A DNA stretch of 63,602 nt, counting the filler, from Rhabdomonas costata (lineage: Eukaryota): NCBI GenBank assembly GCA_019059605.1. It is 31 parts of 31 records of this genome, joined end to end, with 100 filler letters (N's around TTAATTAATTAA, not from the genome) between each part and the next. Parts side by side here need not be neighbours in the genome. Positions count along the whole stretch, not along the records: positions 24,682 to 26,638 come from JAHMHO010007005.1; positions 26,739 to 28,695 come from JAHMHO010007006.1; positions 28,796 to 30,752 come from JAHMHO010007007.1; positions 30,853 to 32,808 come from JAHMHO010007008.1; positions 32,909 to 34,864 come from JAHMHO010007009.1; positions 34,965 to 36,920 come from JAHMHO010007010.1; positions 37,021 to 38,975 come from JAHMHO010007011.1; positions 39,076 to 41,031 come from JAHMHO010007012.1; 23 more parts are not named here. The stretch is one strand, 5' to 3'. Within the stretch, counting starts at the first letter, position 1; each line of letters starts with the position of its first letter. Of this stretch, positions 25,797-39,292 are shown piece by piece. Under the pieces are notes generated by a model. The model searched no databases, was not told the DNA's origin, and was given only the letters and a program-made list of their open reading frames with translations. The translations under genes and the position numbers were made by a program.

Positions 25797-26592
25797 AGCA
25801 TGGCCCACGTGGTTTTCACGGCGGTCACCCAGGAGGCGTTTCTGGCAGAGCTGGAGCAGCTCAGCCAGGTCGAACTTGACCCCAGCAGCGTCGCGGTCAT
25901 CATCTCAGGCTCGCGCGCCATCACGTGACCAGAGAGGAGGGGGGAGGGAACGGCATTTGGGATCGAGAACCTGCTCCGTGTCCAATCCAACCCAATCCAA
26001 TCCAATATACACATGTCCACTCCATGTCCACTCGCTCACCGTTTTGAGAACACGATTTCCGAATAAGGAGCTGACCAGTTGTTGTATATATTGCCCCTGC
26101 CACCTCAAAAGCGAGAGGTGGCAAAGAGTTACCAAAATGTTATCGTTGGACTCACTGGGTTTTGGGGTTGATAAAAAAGTCTCAATTTGTAAACCATGTC
26201 AGCACAATTGTTTCGTTTGCATTGGAAGCTGGAAGCTATTTCCGGTTCATTTTTCTGGGATATACGGAAGTTTCCAGATGTGCGAGTGACATTAGCTGTG
26301 ATCTCTCGGTTCTCACTGTTCACCCTATCACCAAACGCGCTTAAGGGCACTTCGTGTTCAGCGGGGCGACGGGAACGTGACTCTTCCGTTAGCCTGGCCT
26401 TCTCTTCTTTCCATACTCGTCATCATACAGGCACGTCGTTGGCTGTGGGGCTCTCGGACGAGGTCCGGCCGGCCTTCTACAAGTTCGTCGCCGGGGTTGC
26501 GGTTGTGATGTGCTGCCGCGTGAGCCCAGACCAGAAGGCTCAAGTGGTACAGCTGATCCAGAGCAGATCGTCTGTCGTAACCCTGGCCATAG
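25797..26592 (+). CDS. P4-type ATPase (phospholipid flippase), P-domain fragment
   Basis: Exons 25797-25908 and 26431-26592 (GC-AG intron): AVIISG|TSL...VMCCRVSPDQKAQVVQLI...TLAIG, a diagnostic P4-ATPase motif. Confidence 0.93.
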
Positions 26593-29500
26593 GTTTGAGA
26601 AGGAGGGGCACAAGTCCTTTACTTCCCCCACCCCCCACNNNNNNNNNNNNNNNNNNNNNNNNNNNNNNNNNNNNNNNNNNNNTTAATTAATTAANNNNNN
26701 NNNNNNNNNNNNNNNNNNNNNNNNNNNNNNNNNNNNNNTGTGGTTGTTAAGACATTCCGGGATGTTTTCATCCCATTCTGTGGCCGAAACCAACAGCTCG
26801 GTAAAGAACGTATTTTCCAATTTTCAACTCAGGTTTTCACTATATCCGCGTTGTAAACCACTTGTTGTGCCGTTGGAAAACATTCCGTTTTTTGTTTCTT
26901 ACGCTGTCTCGCACATTTATCCTCTCATGAAAAGTCATGGCTCCACACTAGCTCCACTATTTTGCTCCATGCATTTTATCAACTTTGAAATTAAGTTTAA
27001 CGGTGGTAAAAATTCACCATGGTAAACAGAAAACAAAAATCAGCAACTAACAGCAAAAAACGTTTACCTTACCCAATCCATTTACGTATATAATTTGATC
27101 CAGTTCGTTGTGGCACTCCATATACGTTCCACGTTTTACCATGTAACCGTGAGATCATTTAGCAACTGAGATATCCTTGATTGTCTAAAGTAAAGTACCT
27201 TGGAATCTGAAGATGCTTTGCTGATACAAAAAATCAATTCAACACAGGAAGATCGAAAGAAGGAGAAGGGACCAACAGGCAAGAAAAACACGCCGCCTGA
27301 TTTCGAGAGGTCGGTTGGCGGTTGGGATTTTTTGGAAGCCCAGAAAGAGGTAAAAGAAAGCCAGGAGGGAATTTACAAGTAAAGCATTGGAAAATTCTCA
27401 GAAAAGTAAAAGCTTTGATGGGGATTGATTCTAACGCCTGATGCTTAATTTGGAAATACTCGGTGGGAAATTTCCGACAAATTTCAGCGGTAGACTTGCA
27501 TTTTAAATAAACCTAAAGCTAGTCAGGGGAAAACACGCAATACTGTACAAAACAGGGGCGACAATGGGATGAGGGGATGAAAAGCGCAATGTAACGCAAA
27601 GGAACTCGAACCAAGGTGCGGGTTGAGGCGCCAGGGTGAGGAAAAGAAACAGTCTGTCAAAAGAACTGTGTTGTGTCAAAGGTAGTGGGTTGTCCAGCCA
27701 TGATTTGGCCCACAATATGGATGAGGGAAGAATGAACGAGCGAATCGGCTACAAAATTCGACGGGAGTGGACGAGAATGGGACTTTTCAAGGAAAGAGGG
27801 TTTCGTGGGGAAAAGGGGTGGGTTGGAAAGATTGAAAAATCAATGGAATTTCGGGGGAACTGGTGGAAGGCACGATCTGATCCAAAAGGGGTTTTTGTAT
27901 GGGCAGATGCTTCATGGGAAGGCACAAAGGATATGAGATGCAGACTTAACAGTGCTTGAGGCTGAGTTCTGAGTTTGGAGCAGCCACAACAAAAACACAG
28001 GTCATGGGCATACTGGGCGGTAGGGCCGAATCTGAGAGAGGGACGCTTCGAGGAGAGGCAGAGAAGAGGCACGAAGGAAACAGGCGTGCGGAAGCGCAGG
28101 CCGGGCAGAAATCGGGGGGAAGCCGCAAGTCTCGCGCCAAGGCGCGGGCGGCGAGAAAAGACCAAAGCCCACCACGGCAACGCACTGGGAGAACAAACAC
28201 AGAAGCCGGAAAGACGAAGCACAGAAGAACAGGCACGCCAAGAGAGTGCACCTGCTTTTACAAGGGGGGCGCCCGACCGAAACAATGTAAGTTGCAGGCC
28301 AGCTGGCTAACGGGAAAGGAAAGAAGCACGCACGAATGAACAGCGAAAGGCACAGGATAAATGAAAGCAGCCAGCCGGCAGAGAGCACAGGAGCGCACCC
28401 TTATAAGCTCAACTGGACTGGAAAGGCTTGATGGAAGACATTAAGGTTGTTGGGTTGTTGTTCAGAAACGGTGCGCAAACCCAAAGAACCGGGCAACCGA
28501 AAAGCCGTGATTTGGACAATTGACGCTGACTCTCGTTCAATTCGTCCGCAAATAACTGTAAATCTCGAGTGGTGGAAATCTTCACAATTGACCCGCTTTC
28601 GTTTACACAATTGTTCAGCGACATACCTTCCTCTTCAGCGACGTACCTTCCTCAAATCAGTGAAACCCACGAGACAACAACGCAGCACACAAAACNNNNN
28701 NNNNNNNNNNNNNNNNNNNNNNNNNNNNNNNNNNNNNNNTTAATTAATTAANNNNNNNNNNNNNNNNNNNNNNNNNNNNNNNNNNNNNNNNNNNNCTAGA
28801 CTAAACCTCCAAACACGACAAAACTCCCGGATTTGACCCGAAAACGTAGGCCAATGAATTGATGCAAATATCTTCCATTCACATGCACATTTGCTTTCCT
28901 CTTCCAAGCTTTTACACACTCTTCTTCCTTCTCTCCATTTCCGACATTGTTTCAATCCAAAAAACCGTGGTTACAATGTGTGTGTGTTTGTTTCCTTCTA
29001 ACGATTTTGTTTTTGGGATTTGGAAAGATGGTAAGTGTCAACTAAATTGTACCATATCAGCAAAGTATTTTGTAAAGTAAGTGTGTATCTGTAAACCGTG
29101 CCCTGAGCCCAGTCCGAGGTTTGGGAGACCATCTCAAGCTGTCGTCTTCGCCCACAATTTATCGCACCTTTGAAGGTAACAGAACCGGATTTTTCAGTGT
29201 TTACAAAGTTGTCAGGAGCACACGTGCGGTCATCGTCTAACAATGCGTCGATCCAACAGGCTGTTTGCTTTCTTGCCTGTGTCGCGCCTTTCCACGTTGT
29301 CATGTTAGTGGGGTTGAATCGCCCTGATGTCGCTAACCGGCCTGGTGAGTCTGATTAGATTGACCCCATTGACGCCCATCTACTTCATCCCAGACATGAT
29401 GTACGCCAAAGAAAAGCCCATTCGAAATCCAAAGATACAAGGGCCATTTCCTTGGTCCCGGACGCCGCAGCTGCAATTACGACGACGGCCTTGGAAGCAG

Positions 29501-32500
29501 CACAAAGCAGCAGCATAAGTAGAGCTTACAACCCCCAAAGTTCGGATTGATTTGAAACGTTGTGTACAGAGTCTTTGGTGTTTCTTTTTACTTCTTTTCC
29601 AATCCAAAATGGAAAAGTAATCCAAAAAATTGGCATTTTTGTGCTTTGGATTTACGATTAGGCAGTGTGTGAGTGTTTCATTCTCTTTTATATAACTTAA
29701 GAGTGTGGGTATTCTTTCTTCGGTCACCCCCCCCACTAAATCATCTAATGCTGTGTGCTGTTCACCAGCTGATGTCCACATATTGTCACACCTGGTTGCA
29801 GGCAAGTGTTGGGACCTAAGCCTGACACGCTTTGCGTGTGTGAGTGCGGTTTTCTCAATTTTCTAAGGCAATGCGTCGTTTGCCAATCCGCGGAAGCTGA
29901 TGAGTCCCATTTGTTTCCAGGAAAGGAGCGTTTTTCCAAGACCACGATGGAACGTTTGTTGTTTTCGAGGCTTCGTTAGCCTATCCGCGTGGGGTGTGGC
30001 CAAGTCGGAACAATTCCCCACTGCACCATAACTACAGTGGAATTACCACAGCATTATCTTCACAGGTGCGGATTTTGAGACGAGCCTATGGCGATACGTT
30101 ATCCAGGATGGCTCACCATTGTCTCTTCTTGGTTAGTTGGTGATAAGCAGCTCGTTGGTTAGCAGCCCGTTGGTTAGCTAATTCGTGGTAATGTGAGCGT
30201 TTCCCCAGTGTACCCCTCAGTGCCCGTTGCGCTGAAGCCTGAAGTTTTGTCAGAAACCATCCGGCAAACAACAGCTGTTCCTTTGCAAGCCGTGAAGCAC
30301 ATGCATGCAGAGCAATATGTTTCACGCTCAGGCGCAGTTTGCCTAGCGCAGTTTCAAAACTCAACAAGATATGCTTCAGCAAATTGCAACTTAGTCGCAA
30401 ACGTACCACATCAGCAGGTTGCAGACTTGCAGTTCCCCAATAAGCTGTTAACACCGAGCACGTTCCGCCGTGAAAACGTTTTTCAGGTTCCCGAAGCAGT
30501 CGCCATCCAGTATTCCCCCATCGCATTTGGCGAACATGTCATCTGGAGTCTTTCTGGAGTCTTTATGCAAGGAGCTCAAGCCCAAGTTCATGTGACACAC
30601 CTATTAGTGGCATATTTTGATTGAAACTTACTAGTATTAAAGGAAACTGGACAAGTTCCAGTTTCGGTTGTCCATACCTACTAGATGTTTATCCACGCAC
30701 AGTTAAACCGTTCAATGATAATGAACATGATAAAAGCGCCGCAACCCTAAACNNNNNNNNNNNNNNNNNNNNNNNNNNNNNNNNNNNNNNNNNNNNTTAA
30801 TTAATTAANNNNNNNNNNNNNNNNNNNNNNNNNNNNNNNNNNNNNNNNNNNNGTGGTTGGGTCGGCTCACAAAAATACTGCAGCTTCCGCTTTTAAACCT
30901 GTGCAGAAACGTAAGATGGCCGGTATGTGCCCTCACACCGGAGTTCACAGTGCAAATCGGGACAATCACCCCTGGCGACTGCAGAGCCCGCACAGTGTAC
31001 AACACATGTGGAGACAAAGGCCCGTTCTTCTCAGTCGCAACCTGTCAGTCGCAAAAGATATGAGGAGTGACAAGTGAGTGAAGCGAACAGTGAAGAAGGC
31101 AGATTCAATCAGTTGTCAAAATGACACACGCACACAAGATCAGGAGGAACCACCCCTTCTGCTAAATAACTCTGTCGCCCTTTCCAACCACGGAGAAAAT
31201 TGAAGACCTGATGAGCGGACGGTGTGGGTTGGAGGTCACGAAGTTGAGAGGACATTTCCCTCGCAAGTGCAGTTGAAACAACAACAACACGCAACAAACA
31301 GTTGAGAGCAGCAACGCCGGGAGATGAATGCTGCAGAACAGAAGAGCAAGCAGTCCAAAAACCAAACAGTTGAACGGTGTTATTATCATAGATTGTCGTA
31401 TAAAAATTCCAACGGAGGTCAAAATACCAACAAGGCAAGGGCTCAACAGACTTGAGGTAAATTTTCTTCCACTTCTGAAATACTTCAGGAGCGATCGCGA
31501 AGGTCACTTGTCCTGAGTATCGGAGGAAGCTGAAAACGTCGTTGCTTGAAAAGTAGTGTGGGTGTAAATACGCATTTGGAACTGATGCCGATCAGCAAAA
31601 ATCGCACCATCCAAGCCATACACCTCCCATTGGGACAAAGGACACCGTTGCGGTTGTTTATATACAAAAACTGAGCGCTTTCCCTTGGTCTCACTGCACC
31701 GCCTATTTTGTGAATCCGACCACTCGTCAAATCCACAACACGATTCTTGAGCATTAAGCACTGGTCTAGTCAGCGAAAAATTTAGCAACAATACACAATG
31801 GCCGCTCAACACGTTCAACTTCATTTGACATTTGCGCACGCAGTCAATGGAAACCATTTTGATACCGCACGAGGAAGTCAACGGGAAATAAGAGATTCTC
31901 CGTGTGCAGTTCACGCGAAACCCAATAGTTTGATCTTTCCCAACACATCCTTCCTAAGGTTTAACCCCGCACGCACACACACAGAAGCACTTATAGTATC
32001 CGCCCTCGTCCTTCTGCATCGCCACACCTCCTGTCGCCCGGCGTGTTTGTCTACCAATACTCCATTGCTCCTTCTTCGCATCCTGTTTTTGGGTGTGTCT
32101 TCTTGATCGTTGTCCTTCGACTCGCAGCAATGAAGACACAACTGTCCCTAAGTCAAAGAAGATAATCGGTTGGTTCGGGTGATGTGCATTTTAGCCGTAG
32201 CAAACCTTAATTGCTGCCCGGCAAGAAGGGAAATCTGCACAATCCAGAGGAGGCCAGATATTGTAGTGTTGAGACCATTGGGAAAAATGTGAAGGGGTGC
32301 GGGCGTTTATCGGGATACACTCCACTTGAAGCCATCAACGAGGAACAGGATAGCAGGGCAACCTGACTCGGATATGGAAGAAGTGGTGGTCGGGGGATGG
32401 GTGAGCAGGACTCTAAGCCTCCAAGAGGAAAGAGGGGAGCTACCTGGAAATGTACGCGCACGCATACAACCAGCAAGAAAGAAAAAACTGAAAAAAACAA

Positions 32501-35237
32501 GTAAGTACGTAAGTAAGCAGTGAGGTACATAGCTATACAATACTACGCCGCTTCACCCGGAGGGTGTAGCGGCGAAGCATGGGCACAGTCCCACAAGGGA
32601 GCAGCACCGAGAGAGGATAAGCAAAGGCGGCGGAACCCGAAACATGGGCGACAGGCTGTGTGATCCTTTCCGCAAGGCCAGGCAGACACAATGGAATTTT
32701 TCGTTTGAAGCGTCCGGAAAATCAAAGGGGAGGTATTCGCTCACCGAACGCGGAGCAATCGAGCCCACTATTCCGGTTATCCAAACCCATATCTGCACCC
32801 CACAAAAANNNNNNNNNNNNNNNNNNNNNNNNNNNNNNNNNNNNNNNNNNNNTTAATTAATTAANNNNNNNNNNNNNNNNNNNNNNNNNNNNNNNNNNNN
32901 NNNNNNNNGGGTGGGGGGTACACAGCAGCATGATTGGTAGGGCACATGGTCAATGGGCGGACGGAATATTTAACACGTTGAGTTGCGTTGAAGCTGGTTA
33001 TTATTATCAAGGTGGTGGCTCGGAGCAATGGATGGGCAGAGATATAGAGGATGTTGTGACCAATGTTGGGATAGATATCGACTTTGTCTCGATTTGGGCT
33101 CAGGAAGCGCATCGTTGCGTGTCAGGAGGTTACCACAGGTGTCAGTACCGGTCGATTGAAGACAGAGTGGAGTAGGAGTGTTGTCTAAAACACACTTTGA
33201 ACGGGGACTGTCGAAATGTTTAGCACTTCCTGCCTGCTGTTTTGTAGGCGTGGTAGTGGTTTGAAGTTGGCTGGTATATCTGGGTAAAAGGCAATGGAAT
33301 GCAGTTGGTGATACACTAGGTAAGGTACACTAGGTGAGGCGTGTTTTTCTGAAAAACCATTCTGCGTAGGGGTGTGAAGGTGATGGGCGAGGTCTCATCT
33401 TCTCTACCGACTGGTGGGCGAGGTTCAAAACATGGAGCCTTGAAAGGCGTGTGGGGATCGAATGCAATTCAACAGTTTGTACGCGCATAGTCTCAACACC
33501 TGTTCTGCCGATCATGCACATTTATATCTCCCTGCATACAGATCCTTTCACGGATGGGAGCAGGTGGGGCTCACCTGCAAATCTAAGTTTTCTCCACAAG
33601 CACTGAAAGGACATTTTTGACCCAATTTTCGTATATTTCGTATGCAAAAAAACCATGCCGAGATTTTGTAAGTGTCTTCTTTGCGTTCAACGTTTCAAAA
33701 AGATGGAATGGGGATGGATAGGGCACTTTCCGCTGCAGGAATCTAACACCATCACTTCACCCCTGAGTCAGGGCAAATTTTCGCGCTTTCTGGGCTTTCA
33801 CTGGTGCCTGGCCAGAATAGATTTTCAAAGAGAGCTTTTAGATGGCATAAATTGAGGAGAAACGTGGCACTGGAGATGCAAAACCACTTCTTTTTGCATC
33901 CCAGAGAGATAAATCAAAACTCAAGGTTCGAAAATTGATGACTCCGTGTCTCAAACGCGGTGCTTCCGGCTGTGGACCTGCACTTTGACCACTGTACCAG
34001 GCATGAACGCAGCTGGCCGCTGGGTGGCTTCGACTGGGAACATGTGCACATCTAGGCGTAGTCAAGTGAAAAGGCATGCTGCAGGAAGCAAAATTACGCC
34101 TCTCTTGACTATGGATCGAGAGTTAAAACCTTTCAGGTGGTGGAGCGTTGACCCTGAAATGGTTTTTTTCTGGAGAATGGGGGTGGCAGGAACAAAACTT
34201 TCCTAAAAGTACACAAAAATGCCTTTCAGACCCAACTTTTTGATTTCTGTGGTTTTAACTGGTGTTTTCATGGCACAGGAGGTGCGTTTTTTGACCCAAC
34301 GACCCCAAAAACAGGGAATTAGGCTACCTTTCCGACACAGACCACACCTCTACCGGTTTGCCCATTTCCGTGGTCGCCAGGCTTGCCAAACGTGACCCAA
34401 TAATGACTTTGCCCATTGCCTAAGATAACGTCGGAGCTGAAAAAAGTGATTTCCTATCGGTTTTAAAGAAACCACATGGGTTGGAATCGGTTTCCCGAAC
34501 AAACTGGTCAAGGGAATCGATGCCAGGTCGTTTAGGAGCGGCCTCCAAACTTATAGGTGCCATCGGTTTTTTACTTGCTTGGTGGTTTCAGGGCGCGACC
34601 CGGACCGCCGGGTCATAGTTGGGGGACCATAAATGGACGGGACTATATGGCCGTTAGATTGCCGGGCCACCATGTGTAATAGTCATCGTGTGTGGGGGTG
34701 GATTTGGGTGTGGGTATGCCCTAAATTGCTCCCGCTTTTTTTTTAGAAAGGAATCAACATGAAGGCGACGAAACTTTTGAGAAACTTGCTAGGGTATAAA
34801 AACACACAACCACATTTAACCAAATACAACCACGTATGTCCAGATTTGCGGTTATCAACTGGTTNNNNNNNNNNNNNNNNNNNNNNNNNNNNNNNNNNNN
34901 NNNNNNNNTTAATTAATTAANNNNNNNNNNNNNNNNNNNNNNNNNNNNNNNNNNNNNNNNNNNNGGGTTGGATTGAAAGCATCCCAAATATATATACGTG
35001 ATGTGACGAATTTTGCGCTGGGGCTTCCTTTGAAAGAATAATTTCTTGGCTGGATTCAAAAACCCCGATTCGCAGGGAATACTCTAAAAAGCCAAAAAAA
35101 AAGTTGCACACTACACGCAACAGTGCGCAGAGAAAGAGGGTCGCAGTCAAAGCCCGCAAAACTCGTTGCAGGCGAATAGAAATTTCGTCCGTGCCCAATG
35201 AACACATGCAGGGCACGGTTGAGCAAAGTCACAGTGG

Positions 35238-36614
35238 TCAGGAGGAGGCGAGTTCGCCCAGCCACATCGTGCTGTCGCTACTGCATGACAGCACAATGGG
35301 GCTTGTTGGGTGGAAGACAACCTGAGCGAAGTAAAGGGCAGAATAGAATCTTTCGGGTCACTGCTTTCTATCTTTTTTCTTTTATTCAGCCCCTGTCCCC
35401 ATAATCCAAAAACAGAATAGTCGACCGCAACTGCCATGTTGAGAGATGGTCACCCTCACTCCCAACCGTTCCGTTTGGGCAGAGGTACCTCGTCGCCCGA
35501 GTCTTTCCGGGAGTTGGCCCTTTGTGAACACAATCACATCCACATCCATATCTGAAACCCTAACAACGTTCACAACCTGTACGAAAATCATTCTTTCAAT
35601 ATCTCTTGATAGCTTCCTACCACCCACTCCAGCGGGAGAAACGGGTGGCAATCGATTACCCTCGGTAACCCGAGGAAGGGGAAGGGGAAGGTTGTCATGT
35701 GCAGGTTTTGTTTCTACTCAAGACATCCCCTTTTGCTCTTTGTTTCCGGTGAGACGAAAGAGCAACCACCACAGAAAAAGGGAGCTACGTCAATGGTCTG
35801 AATACCGAGCAGGGCATGTTCGTTCCATTAATCACAAGGAGATAAAAAAGCCAGGCACCTCGTTACAGGTGGCCTTGTGCCCAGGAAGCCGGTACAGCAG
35901 CTTGCGGGTGTGGAACTCCCAGATGTAGCTGTGTGCGGGGGAGTCTGAGCTGCCGGAGGAGACCATAGATCCATCAGCGGACCAACTGCACTTCAGCAGG
36001 TTCTGAAGGGCAGCAGCGAGGGGAAGTACAAACCAGCTATCCAATTCTCGAAGGAAAGAGAAAGGTAGCGTCTCTTCCTTCTTAGCGGTTGCGACGAGAA
36101 TTCGATGCCACTTACAAATCATTAATCGCCAAGAAACCGCTCTATAGCTATGAACAACCGACTACCAGCACTCTATCAGAGTAGCTTCCAACACCGTTGC
36201 ACCGCTGCACATTGCACTTGAATTGCGCCCGGAATAAAATAAGCGAAAGATTGGAAACAGCCAAGGAATACACGGCGAGATGAAACGCCCACATCATGTT
36301 ATGGTCATTACAGAAAAAAGCGGGGACCAAACTGAAACCAAAAAGAAGAAAGCGAGGGAAGCGCCAGAACCTTGTCGACCCCGTGGGTGTGACCCGTGAA
36401 GGTTTTGACGCAGCGCTGGGAGTCACCGCCCTTGCAAAAGGCAAAAGGAAAACAGAGTCAGGCTCACAGAAGGTCTTGGCGGTACATTCAAAGGGTTTTT
36501 GCACACGGCAAGCAATGAACGGACCTGAACGAAGGGCCTCACATCCCAGCATCGCAGTGTATTATCCATTGAGTTTGTCAACAGATGAGCGCCGTCGGGA
36601 GACAAAGATGAGCC
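35238..36614 (-). CDS. SNRNP40: U5 snRNP 40 kDa WD40 protein, C-terminal exons
   Basis: Exons 36614-36525, 36430-36371, 36002-35859 and 35321-35238: SPDG..LLTNSMDNTLRCWDVRPF..RCVKTF.GH.HG.DKNLLKCSWS.DG...LLYRLPGH...NEVVFHP..PIVLS.SSD...WLGEL..*. Confidence 0.95.
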
Positions 36615-37632
36615 CTGAGCAAACCAATTTCAGAAACAAGGATACTTGATATAAATGAATGCATGATCACAGAGGAAGACAGATTTCAAAGTTGAGAGCC
36701 TCTATCACAGCACAGCCTCGATCTGCGACGCGCGTAAGACGAAGTTGCATGACTTATCTTAATGAGTGATCCGAGAAGAAATGCGGGTATATTTTCTTGG
36801 CCATTCTTCAGATGTAAAAAGTTGACCAGCCACCAAAGCACACTAAGCTGAGAGCAGAAGACACTCGACCCAGAACAAAACCCAGATGTGCAATCCCAAA
36901 AGTCAGACATACAAAACACCNNNNNNNNNNNNNNNNNNNNNNNNNNNNNNNNNNNNNNNNNNNNTTAATTAATTAANNNNNNNNNNNNNNNNNNNNNNNN
37001 NNNNNNNNNNNNNNNNNNNNTGGGTGGTTTTGTGATGGACACCACATTTATTTGTGCCATTTGCAGCCGACTGGTTCTTTCCTTCTCTTCTATTTCAGTG
37101 GGTGGGCTCGTGAGACTTTTATTTGATACCCGGTATGTGTTCCTCGTTTTGAGTATTTGTTTTCCTCAGCGCTGGTGTGAATTCAACGGTCTTTCAGGAA
37201 AGGTTTAGTTGAGAGGATTTTTGACGAAGGGCCAGGTATTTTCAAATTACATTTGACGGCTCAGCTCAGCTAGGCTTGGGTAGAAGCAGGAAGTTGACGT
37301 TGGTTGGCTGCAACATCTTCACTCGCCTTCAGTCGCTGAGCCACCACGTCGCCTCATCAGTACAGTGTAGGGACTGTTCAACTCGGCTGTGCACCCATCC
37401 CGAGAAGGAGAAGAGGAGGAAAAGCATTGACGCCCTAGCTTTCGGACTGGCTGCTTGGTCTTGCGGCTTATGTTCAAGACTTGTGTGTCCGTGTAGTTGC
37501 AATGCAGAGCTGGGGGGCACACCCACTTTAAGAAGATAAGCTGCTAGCAGTAAGGCATGCATGTCAAAAGGAAATGCTACAGCGTCTCGCACAATTTGAA
37601 AAGCTGCTTTCATTTCTCTCGTTTTTCCTCAG

Positions 37633-38910
37633 GTTGACCGGCACTCCTTTAAGGAGATCGATTCACGAGTCCCGAAGCTGCATGCTATCCCGGAGGACTT
37701 CATTCTTGCGACCTGCCACTACGCTTCAGGGTCATTTCCTCAGATTCCTCTGGACGTCCACTTTGACTTTCACCTGAGTGAGACCCGAACGTCGGTTGCC
37801 GTGGAAACGACCGCGGGGGGCGAGTTTTCCGAAGTTCGCCACTTTGTGCGGGTGATGATTCTCAGTGGTATTTCTTTCAGTTCCACACCTTCTAGTCCCA
37901 GAGGGGAGCGGGGCTGCTGCTACTACAGCTTAGCAGTCAGTGGATCTAGGGATGTGGTGGGTGTTTCCTTTTTCTGTCGAGAGAGGGCGTCAAAAGACGG
38001 CCACTCTTAACCTCAACGGCTTTGGTTTGCGCCCACGTCCACCTCCGGTGTTCGAGATGCGATCCGTTTTGAAGCTGTATTAATCCCTTCCGTCGCGGGT
38101 AGTGTGGGGAGACACAATCGGAACGCTCCGGTTTTTTTCGAAATGGTTTGCACGTTGTCTCTTTGCAGACCGCAGCGCAGCGTGGCGCAGTTTACCTTCG
38201 AGACCCCCCGTTGGTTTTCAAGCTGTTGTGTTTTTCCGAAGCTGTATTGTTTTGTATTCCTTTTCGTAAATATGTTTTTTATGTAAGGTGAAGCCGCCCT
38301 GATTCACCGCAAAAGAAATATTCCCAGCGTAAGTACAAAGCGCACGCACACTTCGCAGCCGTTGCTCGCTGTGTCTCGCAAACAGGAGCCAAGAAAGACG
38401 CAGAAGAGGATGCCAAGGAAATGGTTCCCCTTTCCAGAAAGCTCCACTTTCTGCTTCAAAAAAGCCCTCAGGGTGTGCCTGGCGAGACCGTTGTTCATTT
38501 TTGGGATGCGGTGATCCGCTGCCTTTTGTCATAATTATTCGTTTTTTGTCCGCAGGCTTCATTACAGCCATTGGAGGAGAATGGATCCCTTCCAGTGGAA
38601 AGGTTCCCAGCGACGAGGCTCTGCGGAAAACGGCCATGTATGCTGGCTTTGGTTTCGTTTTTATTTCTTTATTTCTTTTCTTTTGTTCGCCTCGCTTCTC
38701 ACTTCCTCTGATTAAAGCGATGGGCTCGTAACTGGGGTGCCAGGCTGTTGGATTATGAGCATTGTTTAACAAGACGAGTAGCGGTGAGCTTTAGCACTGG
38801 CGACAAGATGGCCCGCACCAATTATCAAAGCTGCTTTTCATTTCCGTTTCGTTTTTGCCCCAATTGCAGCCGCTGTGCTTGGGAGACTGCTGGGCTGGAC
38901 CTGAGCAACG
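37633..38910 (+). CDS. CCAR1/CCAR2 (DBC1) family protein, DBC1 Nudix-like domain
   Basis: Exons 37633-37867, 38386-38472, 38556-38637 and 38870-~38910 splice in frame: EIDSRVPKLHAIPEDF...VRVMILSG...LHFLL...AIGGEWIPS......LRKTAIRC....GLDLSNV, similar to CCAR1 AIGGHWSPS...LIKTAIRC...GIDLS. Confidence 0.8.
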
Positions 38911-39292
38911 TCAGAGGAAGTGAGAAGCGAGGCGAACAAAAGAAAAGAAATAAAGAAATAAAAACGAAACCAACCNNNNNNNNNNNNNNNNNNNNNNNNN
39001 NNNNNNNNNNNNNNNNNNNTTAATTAATTAANNNNNNNNNNNNNNNNNNNNNNNNNNNNNNNNNNNNNNNNNNNNGTGGTTGTTGTGCACACACCTTCCT
39101 CTTTTGAGATGACGCGGGCCGTATGAGGACCGCTGACGAGGCGAGAAAAGGTTTGCAGTCTTCGAAGGTCTGCCACCGGGCGACAGAAGAGCAAGTCCAA
39201 TTGACAGGTTACTCTAAGTCCCTCCCGCACATCTTTCACACCTCGCTCCTCTGCTGCCTCCCCCTCCCTGCTTTGCGCCCCCACTGGCAAAC

